Shown one piece after another: positions 1-9,269 of a stretch of 64,000 nucleotides of DNA. Each line of letters starts with the position of its first letter. Positions within the stretch are counted from its first letter, which is position 1. Source of the stretch: an uncultured Methanobrevibacter sp. (GTDB taxonomy: Archaea > Methanobacteriota > Methanobacteria > Methanobacteriales > Methanobacteriaceae); the NCBI GenBank assembly GCA_902794475.1, contig CADBHR010000002.1, positions 22,263 to 86,262 on the forward strand, given 5' to 3'. A program made the translations under genes and the position numbers. The notes under the pieces are model-generated. The model searched no databases, was not told where the DNA came from, and saw nothing but the letters and a program-made list of their open reading frames with translations.

Positions 1-1483
1 TATACTGGTCTGCAAAATCAGGTTCGATTTTCACAATTGTGTTGAATTCCTCGAAATCCTTAAAATCAATTGCGGTGTCTGCTCCATAAGTGCTTGAAAT
101 TGATTTTACACTATCATTGACAAATTTATTTAATTGTTTTCCAATGATTTCAACAGGATACCCTATATCGTGGAATAAGGCAGCTACCCCCCATCGGTAT
201 AGGAATTCTTCATGAGAAAATTTGCCATTGATTCTGTAATATTTTTTATAAGGGGTCTGAGTCACATATGCCTCAAACATGTCCCTGTAATTTTTATTCT
301 GTGAATAGATTGCCAAACCTAAAAGGAAAACGTTAACAGAGTGGATAAAGTGATCCCTTTGCTTTTCAATTAAATCTCCAGTGTTTTCCTCGTATTTTTT
401 CATGATTTTTACCAAATCAAGAAGTGTGTTAGGTTCACTGACAATGCTGTTTTTGCCGACCTTATCAGATTTGTTTTCAGCTGTGATTTGATATATCATG
501 AAAAATGTCTGATAAATTTCATATGCATTATATGCAGTTTCTTTTTCTAAAAATACATCTATTCCCGCTTTTAAAAGCCCTTTGTAATGATGGCCATTAT
601 GATAATCATCATACAATTCCAATTGATTGAAAAAATCATCAATATATTCCTTTAAGCCCTTATCTGTCATTTCAAACACCTTTTTATTATTAACAATTTT
701 TATACCTTCATTTAAATAAACATTATTATTCGAATTCATTTTTGAAAATGTTTTTTCGATTACATCCTCACTGAACCTAGTCATTTCCAAGCTGCCCTTA
801 AAACCGCTGATTTCCACCAGGTCATCATTAAAAAGGACAGGCTTCTTATACATCTTATTAACGCCTATGGCATACAGTTCACATGCAATCTCACCAAATT
901 CACTGCGTTTAACATCATCATCTTCAATGTCGTCGCAAATCCAATCAGCCAAATGCTCAACCATAAAATATGGTATTGACTCTGATTTGCACATATCAAC
1001 TATATCCTCTATTAGATTCGGATTGCGGGTATTGAAGTATTCATCAAAAAGAATGTAAAGCTTCATGACATCTTCACCCATCAAATCCAGCAGTTCATCG
1101 CACATGTCCAGTCCTTTTATGTCCTCGCCAAATGGACCGGAATAAATTAAATCCAGGAAAAACAAATTGATGAATGTATCCAACTCGGCATCCCTATTGA
1201 ATACCTCTGAAAAAAGTTTGTAAATTGAAATCCAATGATTTTGGCTGAATCCGAAGACATCAAATATTTCAAAGTCCATTTCACTGAATTCAAAATCCAA
1301 AACCAAATTAGCATCACGCTTAAAATTTAAAAATCCATCAAAGATTTGTGAGGGATAATCTCTGTTGGAGTCATTTTCAAAGATAAATCCCTTAAAGGTG
1401 TAGGCTAAACTGTTAAATAAATTATTTCTACAGTTAATATATTTAACAAAATTAGCGTACATCTGTTCTTTTGACCATTCCAT
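1..1483 (-). CDS. HD-domain metal-dependent phosphohydrolase (3'-partial), in frame with a 271-codon upstream hypothetical segment
   Basis: Not in the ORF track because there is no stop in the window. Manual translation from ATG 1483 (MEWSKEQMYANF...) stays open to the window edge. The segment from ATG 670 contains RDHFIHSVNVFLLG...WGVAALFHDIGYP (H...HD motif). A second RBS-like GGTG precedes ATG 670. Confidence 0.75.
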   Translation of the reverse strand, partial: MEWSKEQMYANFVKYINCRNNLFNSLAYTFKGFIFENDSNRDYPSQIFDGFLNFKRDANLVLDFEFSEMDFEIFDVFGFSQNHWISIYKLFSEVFNRDAELDTFINLFFLDLIYSGPFGEDIKGLDMCDELLDLMGEDVMKLYILFDEYFNTRNPNLIEDIVDMCKSESIPYFMVEHLADWICDDIEDDDVKRSEFGEIACELYAIGVNKMYKKPVLFNDDLVEISGFKGSLEMTRFSEDVIEKTFSKMNSNNNVYLNEGIKIVNNKKVFEMTDKGLKEYIDDFFNQLELYDDYHNGHHYKGLLKAGIDVFLEKETAYNAYEIYQTFFMIYQITAENKSDKVGKNSIVSEPNTLLDLVKIMKKYEENTGDLIEKQRDHFIHSVNVFLLGLAIYSQNKNYRDMFEAYVTQTPYKKYYRINGKFSHEEFLYRWGVAALFHDIGYPVEIIGKQLNKFVNDSVKSISSTYGADTAIDFKDFEEFNTIVKIEPDFADQY

Positions 1484-1493
1484 TTAATCTCCC

Positions 1494-2261
1494 CTAAATC
1501 TTAAATTTGAGTTGTTTTTGCACATCCTTAATATCATTAATCTCCATTGATAAATCAATGTCCAAGTATGTCTTTACTTTTGTAGCGAAACTTGAAGACA
1601 TGATGATTTGCTTTCCGAACACCTTATAAGACTCAACAGGACAATGACCCACTATCATGACTTTAGAGCCCACGACATCCAGAAACCTGTCAACATCACC
1701 TTTTGTATAGTCTGTTACCCTATTGTACCTATTCCACAAGAATTCAGATAAAATAGGCCCATAATAATCACTTTCAAAGATTTTATTAAAAGCTTCAATT
1801 GATTTAACCTTATCTGAAGGTCCTGAATGAGATATAAACAAACCATTATCAGTTTTTACAAAATAAGGCATGGTCTTAAAGAATTTAATATAATTGGTCA
1901 AGTAAGGTTCAATGAGCCCTTTTCTAAAAGACAGAATGTTTTTAAATCCCAAAAGCAATGGCTGATTGTTCTTATAGATTTCAGTATTGGTGATATGTGC
2001 CCATTCATGATTTCCAAGAAGTGTGTGGAAATTGGAATACTCCTTGGATTTGGCGATTGCATCATCAAGAATTTCAACAGATCCATCAGTGTCCTCATCA
2101 AGCCCATGAATCAGATCTCCGCAAAAAACGATATGAAAATCAGGGTCTGATTCATCCCACAAATCCAAATAATCATTGTAATCCTCAAGATTGCCATGCA
2201 AATCAGTTACAACAATCAGACGACCATATTCCGGCAATTCAATTAACTTATCATTCATCAT
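1494..2261 (-). CDS. Calcineurin-like metallophosphoesterase (PPP-type phosphatase-like)
   Basis: Motifs DLHG, GDLIH, LGNHE, SHSG, VGH. Start placed at the ATG after the GGTGA RBS. Confidence 0.85.
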   Translation of the reverse strand: MMNDKLIELPEYGRLIVVTDLHGNLEDYNDYLDLWDESDPDFHIVFCGDLIHGLDEDTDGSVEILDDAIAKSKEYSNFHTLLGNHEWAHITNTEIYKNNQPLLLGFKNILSFRKGLIEPYLTNYIKFFKTMPYFVKTDNGLFISHSGPSDKVKSIEAFNKIFESDYYGPILSEFLWNRYNRVTDYTKGDVDRFLDVVGSKVMIVGHCPVESYKVFGKQIIMSSSFATKVKTYLDIDLSMEINDIKDVQKQLKFKI

Positions 2262-2397
2262 AATCACCTTCCTCCTTTAACTTATTCAATACTTTCATGA
2301 CTTCGGACAAATCGTATGCACTGTTGAAGTCCAAAAATCCATCCGAATTACTTTTATTAAGTATTACTGTCGGTTTTGTCGAATTTTGATTTTTCAT
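2251..2397 (-). CDS. 48-aa small protein MKNQNSTKPTVILNKSNSDGFLDFNSAYDLSEVMKVLNKLKEEGDYDE
   Basis: Manual translation. GAGGTG RBS, own TATA-like element (2432-2439) and palindromic box (2446-2459); the stop overlaps the phosphatase start region. Confidence 0.6.
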   Translation of the reverse strand: MKNQNSTKPTVILNKSNSDGFLDFNSAYDLSEVMKVLNKLKEEGDYDE

Positions 2398-2445
2398 GAA
2401 ACACCTCTAATTCTTAATCTGTCCCATAATATATTTAAATCACAT

Positions 2446-2459
2446 AAAGCACATTATTT
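2446..2459. promoter_or_regulatory. AAAG-N6-(C/A)TTT box (AAAGCACATTATTT)
   Basis: 6 bp upstream of minus-strand TTTAAATA, ahead of the 48-aa ORF. Confidence 0.55.
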
Positions 2460-5400
2460 AATCTCACGCTCATCAAGTTCATATAACACATTAGATATGC
2501 TTAAAAGCTCTTCAAAATCATTTAGATTTAATGCTGACTGTGCCTTTTCAATCAGTTCATCCGCCAGCTTTTCGTTATTGGTATAAACTCCTTCAAGCTT
2601 CAAATTAAAAAAGCAGCTGACGATTACGTCGTTTTCATTTGACCTGACATATTCCTCAATCAGGAAGGCGTGAATGCCTTTAAGCTCGTCAAGACTTTTG
2701 TTTTCCAAATCTCTGCCAATGCCTCCAACGTCAAACAAAGCGTTATTTTGCGCAACTTCGATTTTTTTGGAAACATTCTCCAAAAGCTTTGAATATTCCA
2801 AATCCCCTTTTGCATTTTCAACAATGGATGTCAGATAATCAATGTAAATCTTAGCCTGATTCAGAGCAATCCTGTCTCTTTGAGCTATTTCAATCAGGGT
2901 TTCTATATACTTCTGAACTTCACAGTCCTTAACCAATGAATATTCATTTAAATAATCAATCTCCTTTAGCAGTTTTGAATATTGATTCATCAATTCCTTC
3001 AAATCAACATCACAGTTAATGTTGAATTGCTCATTAAGATATGGAATGATTATTTTTTCTCCATCAACCTTATTTGGAGATTTTTCATCAAGTTTATGCA
3101 GCTTACCATTTTCATAAATGTTAATGCCATAGTTTTGAGGAGGATTTTTGAGTTTAAATGTTCCATCAATCTTTAAAGTCAATTTGACAGAGGCAATTTC
3201 TATTTCATATCCCAAAAATGAGGATTTCAAATCCTGTGAAAATACCTTTCCCCTTAAGATGCCGTTTTTATGATTCAAAAGAACAGATAACGGTTTCTTT
3301 TTAATGTCAATATGCGGCTTTTCAAGGTTTCCCGCATAAATGGCCGCACCTTTTGACACCACCGTCAATGGATTTAAACTGGATTCCATTTCAATTTCAA
3401 ACTCATCACGTATGAATTCCTGCACAACAGGGCTAATCGATGAGCCCCCCACAAGAATGATTTTGTCAATATTTTCCTCATCCAACGAGTATTCATCCAA
3501 TAGGTTTCTTGTTACATTAAACGTATATTTGATTAATGATTCTATGATTTCCTTAAACTTATTTCTAGTTAAAGTATAGTTAAAGTCATAACCATCAAAA
3601 AGATTACTTATGCATATGCCTGTACTATCCATTTTTGTCAGATTCACTTTGGCAAATTCGGCCGCATTCTTAAGTCTTGCAAAAACATTCACATATTTTG
3701 TATTATCCCTTCTGAAGTCATCCAAATTCAAATCATAAGCTATTTTTGGCCTGAACAGATCATTAACAATCTTCCAGTCAAATGCATTTCCTCCAAGGTT
3801 TTCCATACCGTCGGTTGCAAGCTTTTCGAGTTCACCATTTCGATTTCTGATTAAACTTATGTTAAATGTTCCTCCACCCAAATCATAAATCAGCCAGATT
3901 CCATTAGGTTTTTTAAGATTATAAGCAATTCCAACTGCAATAGGCTCCAATATCAGACTATGTGACCTGAATCCTGCAAGGTCAGCGGCATCATTAACTG
4001 CCCTGGTTTTGATTGGATTTGAATTTGCAGGAACACAAATCACCGCATGTTCAATGTTCACTCCTGTTTCATCATAAACAGATACTCTCAAATCCTTTAG
4101 GATTTCAGCAGACAGCTCTTCGGGAAACATCACTCTAGAGGACTTTTCAAATTTAAAAGGAATTGAAAATCCCATATTATGCTTAAATTCGCCAACTGCA
4201 TTGCGGTTGTTATTCAATAGCGCATCCTTTGCACTCCTTCCAACTTCAACATCATCTGATTCATCGACCAAAACAGCCGATGGAGTAAACTCATCACCGG
4301 TTCTGTGATTTTTAATTATGATTGGATTTCCATTGTTATAATAGGAGATTACGGAGTCTGTTGTTCCAAGGTCTATTGCATAATCAATCGTGTCATGCTT
4401 AATTTCGCCGGACTGCTTGAAATGCATTTTCATATTCTGCTTCCACAGCGACAATTTATATGCATACTTTTCCCTAACTTCCGCATCAAGGATAACTGCA
4501 AACTCCATCAGGTTGGCTCCCTCAGACAGGTTATTCAGATTGACCAGACGAATTGCCTCTATCACGATTTCATCGACTGAATATGTCATAATGGTTGGAA
4601 GAATGTTTTTGTAAAGCTTTCTAATCTCCCTATTTGATTCCATCAGCTTTTCAAGCAGCACAACCGCCTTAAATAAACTACCATGCCTTTCCAAATCGAT
4701 GAAAATCTCCCACAAATCAATATAATGCTGATACTTATTTTTAATTGACGGATTATATGCAATAGCTTCCTTTAAAAAGTTGCAGGACAATTTATAATGT
4801 CTGCCCTTAAGATTAACGGTGAATGCCTTTGAAATCAGTTTTAAATCAGGTCGTTTCGATTTCCAGATTCTGAGGGTTTCTGAATAAAACTTACGGATGG
4901 CATAATCCTCCAGAACTTCACCCTCCAATATTTCAATAGCTTCCTTAAGCCCATTTTCACATTTTGCAAGCCTGAAAGCCTCTTTTATTGAATCGTTTAT
5001 GATATACTCGCAATAATCATCATTATAGTCCTCGCGGGATTTAGTGGATGATAAACTCTGAGTTGCCTCATATCCATCAATAGCCCTTTCAACATCGGCC
5101 AACATCTCACCGGCATCCCCATACCTGTTGTTAGGATTAACATCAAGACATTTAATAACAATATCATCCAACAGTTCTGAAACATGTTCATTATAATGGC
5201 TTGGAGGCTTTAACTCCTTTGACCATGGCTTTAATTCAATTAGCTCTTCTGTTGTATAATCGCCAACATCATATGGATACCTATTGGCCAATAGCTGATA
5301 AAACATGACCCCCACAGCATAAATATCACTTCTGGCAGACACATTTTTATTAAAAAGTTCAGGAGCCATATATGGCCGTGTGCCCGCTATGTCAATGTCT

Positions 5401-5957
5401 GAAATGGAAGTTGTGACTTCCTTTGCAAAACCAAAATCAGATATTTTAATTACAATGTCTCCACAAGCGTTGAAACTTAGCAGAACATTATTTGTCTTTA
5501 AATCACGGTGAATGATAGGAGGATTTGCAGAATGGAGAGTGTTCAAACCACTTAAGATTTGCTTTATTAAATCCAAGCAAAGTCCTATCGGCATGAACAT
5601 GCCAATTTCAATGTATGAATTTAAAAACTGCTCCAAATCTCCACCGGAAACATATTCCATCACAAAATATGCATGACTCTTTCCATCTTCAAAATTAGTT
5701 ATTTCAGCAGCGTCGTAAATGCTTATAATATTTTCATGCCTTAGTTGGCAAGCGAGTGTGACTTCATGAAAAACATCTTTTTTATTGGTTGAGACACTCA
5801 ACGGATCCTTAATGATTTTCATGGCCATTAAGGTGTCTAAATAGTTATGGTTCACTAAATAAACCTTTGCAAATGACCCTTCTCCCAGAAATTTTTTAAC
5901 TTCAAATTTGCCATTAAAAAATTCTTCAATTAAGTGTTTTGCCTCATCAAAGTCCAC
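2454..5957 (-). CDS. Hanks-type Ser/Thr protein kinase fused through a helical region to an Hsp70-family ATPase domain
   Basis: Kinase motifs GEGSFA, AMK, HRDLKTNN, DFG, YMAPE, SDIYAVG. Hsp70 motifs IDLGTTDS, EPIAVG, DLGGGTF, GGNAFD, LVGGSS. Confidence 0.9.
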   Translation of the reverse strand: MDFDEAKHLIEEFFNGKFEVKKFLGEGSFAKVYLVNHNYLDTLMAMKIIKDPLSVSTNKKDVFHEVTLACQLRHENIISIYDAAEITNFEDGKSHAYFVMEYVSGGDLEQFLNSYIEIGMFMPIGLCLDLIKQILSGLNTLHSANPPIIHRDLKTNNVLLSFNACGDIVIKISDFGFAKEVTTSISDIDIAGTRPYMAPELFNKNVSARSDIYAVGVMFYQLLANRYPYDVGDYTTEELIELKPWSKELKPPSHYNEHVSELLDDIVIKCLDVNPNNRYGDAGEMLADVERAIDGYEATQSLSSTKSREDYNDDYCEYIINDSIKEAFRLAKCENGLKEAIEILEGEVLEDYAIRKFYSETLRIWKSKRPDLKLISKAFTVNLKGRHYKLSCNFLKEAIAYNPSIKNKYQHYIDLWEIFIDLERHGSLFKAVVLLEKLMESNREIRKLYKNILPTIMTYSVDEIVIEAIRLVNLNNLSEGANLMEFAVILDAEVREKYAYKLSLWKQNMKMHFKQSGEIKHDTIDYAIDLGTTDSVISYYNNGNPIIIKNHRTGDEFTPSAVLVDESDDVEVGRSAKDALLNNNRNAVGEFKHNMGFSIPFKFEKSSRVMFPEELSAEILKDLRVSVYDETGVNIEHAVICVPANSNPIKTRAVNDAADLAGFRSHSLILEPIAVGIAYNLKKPNGIWLIYDLGGGTFNISLIRNRNGELEKLATDGMENLGGNAFDWKIVNDLFRPKIAYDLNLDDFRRDNTKYVNVFARLKNAAEFAKVNLTKMDSTGICISNLFDGYDFNYTLTRNKFKEIIESLIKYTFNVTRNLLDEYSLDEENIDKIILVGGSSISPVVQEFIRDEFEIEMESSLNPLTVVSKGAAIYAGNLEKPHIDIKKKPLSVLLNHKNGILRGKVFSQDLKSSFLGYEIEIASVKLTLKIDGTFKLKNPPQNYGINIYENGKLHKLDEKSPNKVDGEKIIIPYLNEQFNINCDVDLKELMNQYSKLLKEIDYLNEYSLVKDCEVQKYIETLIEIAQRDRIALNQAKIYIDYLTSIVENAKGDLEYSKLLENVSKKIEVAQNNALFDVGGIGRDLENKSLDELKGIHAFLIEEYVRSNENDVIVSCFFNLKLEGVYTNNEKLADELIEKAQSALNLNDFEELLSISNVLYELDEREIK

Positions 5958-5991
5958 TCAAACCACCAATTAGATTTAAAAAAAAATCTAA

Positions 5992-6786
5992 TTAAAATGA
6001 ACAATAAATGACCGCTCCACCATTTCCTTTAGATAACTTTAAAAAGGAATTGGCTTTTAGCCTTGTTTCAATTCCAGTCGGGACCTTTCTATCAGCAATG
6101 TAAGTTCCATTAGAGCTGCCTTCATCTAAAATATACCATCCGTCATCCTTATAGTATAATTTTAGATGCGGTTTTCCAACATTTGAAACTGTAGAATAGC
6201 TATTATCTAAAAGTATGGTAAATGAAGCCAAATCATTGGCATTGAAATTAGCTTTTCTCCCTATTAAAACTGTCTCATTCTTGTGAACCTTAAATGTTTT
6301 GCCCTTATCCTCTCCATTGAAAATAGTTAAAACACAATGTTCACCATCGGAAAATCTTTGATTGGATTTGAACAAATCGAAAAATGTAAGGAGTTCATCT
6401 GATAAGAAGCTTACATCTAAAAACAGGTCTTTAAATGCATCCTCTTTCAAAACAAATGCCTTTACACTTCTACGACCTATTTTATTGGGAACTTCTTTTT
6501 TAACGTCCACTTCTTTAATCAAATCTGCTCCCGCAAGCTGTTTTAAGTGTTGGCCTAACATTTGAGGAGTAATGTTAATGTTATAATTGTTTAATAGGAT
6601 TGAGTTGATTTCACGAGAATATAAAGGTTCCTTTTTAAATGTACCGTCACTTTTTTTATTGATCCTTTCAAAATCCCTTAAAATTTCCAAAATGGAAAAT
6701 CTTACATTGTTATTAACTGCTGCTAATTTGGTTGATAGCATTCCTGAATCTGAGTTATCAAGAATAACTGTTTTTGAATCGCTCAT
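5992..6786 (-). CDS. Winged-helix (ArsR-like) DNA-binding domain plus C-terminal FHA domain; putative transcription regulator
   Basis: N-terminal VRFSILEIL...LYSREI...ITPQMLGQHLKQLAGADLI (ArsR-like wHTH); FHA residues IGR, S...H, SSNGTY. Confidence 0.8.
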   Translation of the reverse strand: MSDSKTVILDNSDSGMLSTKLAAVNNNVRFSILEILRDFERINKKSDGTFKKEPLYSREINSILLNNYNINITPQMLGQHLKQLAGADLIKEVDVKKEVPNKIGRRSVKAFVLKEDAFKDLFLDVSFLSDELLTFFDLFKSNQRFSDGEHCVLTIFNGEDKGKTFKVHKNETVLIGRKANFNANDLASFTILLDNSYSTVSNVGKPHLKLYYKDDGWYILDEGSSNGTYIADRKVPTGIETRLKANSFLKLSKGNGGAVIYCSF

Positions 6787-6821
6787 AATAAAACCTTCCT
6801 ATATAAATAACACATCATTAT

Positions 6822-7622
6822 CTAAATTGAACTGCTTAACACATCATGATATGCTTTCAAGTCTTTTTCACGCAGGTTTAAACTTTGCATTAACTCGGCA
6901 ACTAATGCATCAAGCAATACCAAAGCGGAAACCTCAAAAGCTGTTCCCATTAAGATTAACTCCAATGGACGATATATATTGCTAATTCCTCTGATTTCTT
7001 TAGGCAACTCTTCAATATCTTTCCATAATTTGTTATCGCTTAAATCAGCAGATTTTTTAGGAATCGCTTCAAGTTTGCTTCTGACACCCTCATCACTTTC
7101 AAAGTTTATTAAAGCTCCAGGCAAAGTTTCAATAAACTCTTTCACATCATAATCCTCAAGTCTGACTAAAGTCTGTGGAAGGGAATCAATTACAATTCTT
7201 GCATCTGCCTTTTGGGCAAGATCGCTTTTAGTATTGCCACATACAGCTAAAAATTTGACATTATCAATTTTAGAATCTTCAACGATTTGAGTTATGGAAT
7301 TGGATTTGCCTGATTTTGAAATGATGATAATAATATCCCCATCCTTAACCGGAGGAGCTATTGTTTCATTAAATACATATACATAAAATCCCAAATGCAT
7401 TAATCTCATTGCAAAAGATTTTGCAACAAAACCTGACCTTCCAGCACCTGCAAGGAATATGGTAGTTTTTCTCTCTGATACTACACGCTTATTGGATGCT
7501 GTTAAAATAACATCCCTAAACTTGCAGATAGCCTCTTCCTGATTTGCCACAACTGATTTACACATTTGAAGATTTTTGAGGATTTCATCCAAAGATAAAT
7601 CCATATATTTTAACTCAGACAT
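6822..7622 (-). CDS. SIS-domain protein, 6-phospho-3-hexuloisomerase (Phi/HxlB)-like, divergent with an internal insertion
   Basis: GAGRSGFVAKSFAMRLMHLG, IISKSGKS, MGTAFE...LDAL; longer than a typical Phi. Confidence 0.75.
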   Translation of the reverse strand: MSELKYMDLSLDEILKNLQMCKSVVANQEEAICKFRDVILTASNKRVVSERKTTIFLAGAGRSGFVAKSFAMRLMHLGFYVYVFNETIAPPVKDGDIIIIISKSGKSNSITQIVEDSKIDNVKFLAVCGNTKSDLAQKADARIVIDSLPQTLVRLEDYDVKEFIETLPGALINFESDEGVRSKLEAIPKKSADLSDNKLWKDIEELPKEIRGISNIYRPLELILMGTAFEVSALVLLDALVAELMQSLNLREKDLKAYHDVLSSSI

Positions 7623-7635
7623 ATTAATAACCTTT

Positions 7636-8742
7636 TTAAGCTTTGAAATTATAAACTGGTTTTACAATTTCCATTATTTTAACTGTATCTTCAACATTAT
7701 TTAAAATATTATCTATTGGTTTATAAGCCATTGGAGATTCATCAATTGTTTTCCTTTTAACTGATGTTGAATAGATTCCTTCCATCTCACGTTCAAACTC
7801 TTCGAAAGATAACTCCTCTTTAGCCTTAGAACGACTATATAAACGTCCTGCACCATGAGGAGCAGAATAATTCCAATCGGAGTTTCCTTTACCTTTACAA
7901 ATGATTGATCCGTCACGCATATTGATTGGAATAATCAATGTTTCGTCTTTTTTTGCGGAAACTGCACCTTTCCTTAGAATCATCTTGTCCATGTCAATGT
8001 AGTTGTGGATAGTGGTGAACTTTTTGGTGTAATCCATCCCATATTCGCTTAGGATAGTTTCAGCAATAGCCTGACGATTCAGGACTGCAAAATCCTGCAT
8101 TATTTTCATGTCATGAATATAATCGTCAAACAATTTTCCTTCACAGTAGATTAACTCCTTATTTTCAGCCATATTGTGGAATCTCTTAAATTCCTTCAAT
8201 GCCTCATTTTGATAATATTCACAGACATCTGCACCAATTCTACGGCTTCCTGAGTGAATTACCATAACCAATTCATTGTTTTGTGTCCTGTTAATTTCAA
8301 TAAAGTGATTTCCGCCACCGAGAGTACCAAGGGCAAAGTTACCTTCACTTCCTGCTTCAAGCTTGAAATAGCATTTGAGTTGTGTTAAATCAAAGTCCTT
8401 CATGAAATGATGTGGAACAACCCTTTTCTTATAACCGAAAGGCACCTTCGTTCGAATTATATTGTCCAGACGTTCAAAATCGATTTCATCACCATCCAGG
8501 TACAGCACTTCCATTCCACAGCCAATGTCTGATCCGACAAGATTGGGAACGACCTTGTCTGTGATTGTCATTGTAGTGCCTATTGTACAGCCTTTGCCAG
8601 CATGAATATCCGGCATCATGCGGATAGTCTGGCCTTCAGCGATTGGTTGGTTAAGAAATTGGATAACCTGTGAAATGCTGACGCCGTCAACATCATCTGA
8701 AAAGATTTTGGCAGTTGCGTATCTCCCCTTTAATTCAAACAT
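7636..8742 (-). CDS. rtcB: RtcB-family RNA ligase (short, bacterial/phage-like form)
   Basis: MPDIHAGKGCTIG, VGSDIGCG, GGGNHFIE, HSGSR, HNYI, RKGA, PHGAGR, DESPMAYK. Confidence 0.92.
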   Translation of the reverse strand: MFELKGRYATAKIFSDDVDGVSISQVIQFLNQPIAEGQTIRMMPDIHAGKGCTIGTTMTITDKVVPNLVGSDIGCGMEVLYLDGDEIDFERLDNIIRTKVPFGYKKRVVPHHFMKDFDLTQLKCYFKLEAGSEGNFALGTLGGGNHFIEINRTQNNELVMVIHSGSRRIGADVCEYYQNEALKEFKRFHNMAENKELIYCEGKLFDDYIHDMKIMQDFAVLNRQAIAETILSEYGMDYTKKFTTIHNYIDMDKMILRKGAVSAKKDETLIIPINMRDGSIICKGKGNSDWNYSAPHGAGRLYSRSKAKEELSFEEFEREMEGIYSTSVKRKTIDESPMAYKPIDNILNNVEDTVKIMEIVKPVYNFKA

Positions 8743-8802
8743 AGTATCACCTCACATAATCGGTTATTTAATTATCTATTGTTGATATTATTTAACTTAT
8801 AT

Positions 8803-8816
8803 AAAGCAAAGACTTT
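8803..8816. promoter_or_regulatory. AAAG-N6-CTTT box (AAAGCAAAGACTTT) upstream of the rtcB-SIS-FHA-kinase gene run
   Basis: 6 bp from minus-strand GTTAAATA (8789-8796). Confidence 0.6.
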
Positions 8817-9165
8817 AATCAACAGAATTAATCGAAAATGCAATTGAAAATAAAAGTTTTATCGCACATATTCAACATCTTTTTTTCACATTTTATTAAA
8901 ATTATAAAAAAAATCCTAAAACATCATCACTTAATGACTAAAAAAATATAATCACTAAAAGGATTGTTTTTTTTTAGAATATATTCTTTTAAACCGTGCT
9001 TAAAAAAAAAGAAAGGAAAAAAACTAACTTATTGAAGTTTTTCCCCCATCTTTCTATATTACATATTATAAACCTACATATTATATGGCATTTATCCGAG
9101 AGCATTTGAAAACTAATCTCACCACCCACCCACCACATAAAAAAATAGACACTAACCCACTAAAT

Positions 9166-9209
9166 GTGCAATTCATCCCCGGCTTAAAGAAGCCGGAGAA
9201 TTCTTGCAC
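9166..9209. mobile_element. Hairpin resembling an IS200/IS605-family subterminal end (orphan remnant)
   Basis: GTGCAATTCATCCCCGGCTTAAAGAAGCCGGAGAATTCTTGCAC: CCGGCTT/AAGCCGG stem flanked by AATTCATC and TTCTTG, as I recall for IS605-type ends. No transposase nearby. Confidence 0.4.
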
Positions 9210-9218
9210 AATAAAGTT

Positions 9219-9232
9219 AAAGTAATTTATTT
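9219..9232. promoter_or_regulatory. AAAG-N6-ATTT box upstream of the DgkA-family gene
   Basis: AAAGTAATTTATTT, followed after 6 bp by GTTAAATA (9239-9246). Confidence 0.5.
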
Positions 9233-9269
9233 ATTCAAGTTAAATAATTCAAATGAAAATCATATTAAT

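Noticed and set aside
2454-8742. True IRE1/XBP1-type splicing homology
   Set aside because: No KEN/RNase domain is recognisable on the kinase and no split reading frame is evident in the regulator; analogy only.
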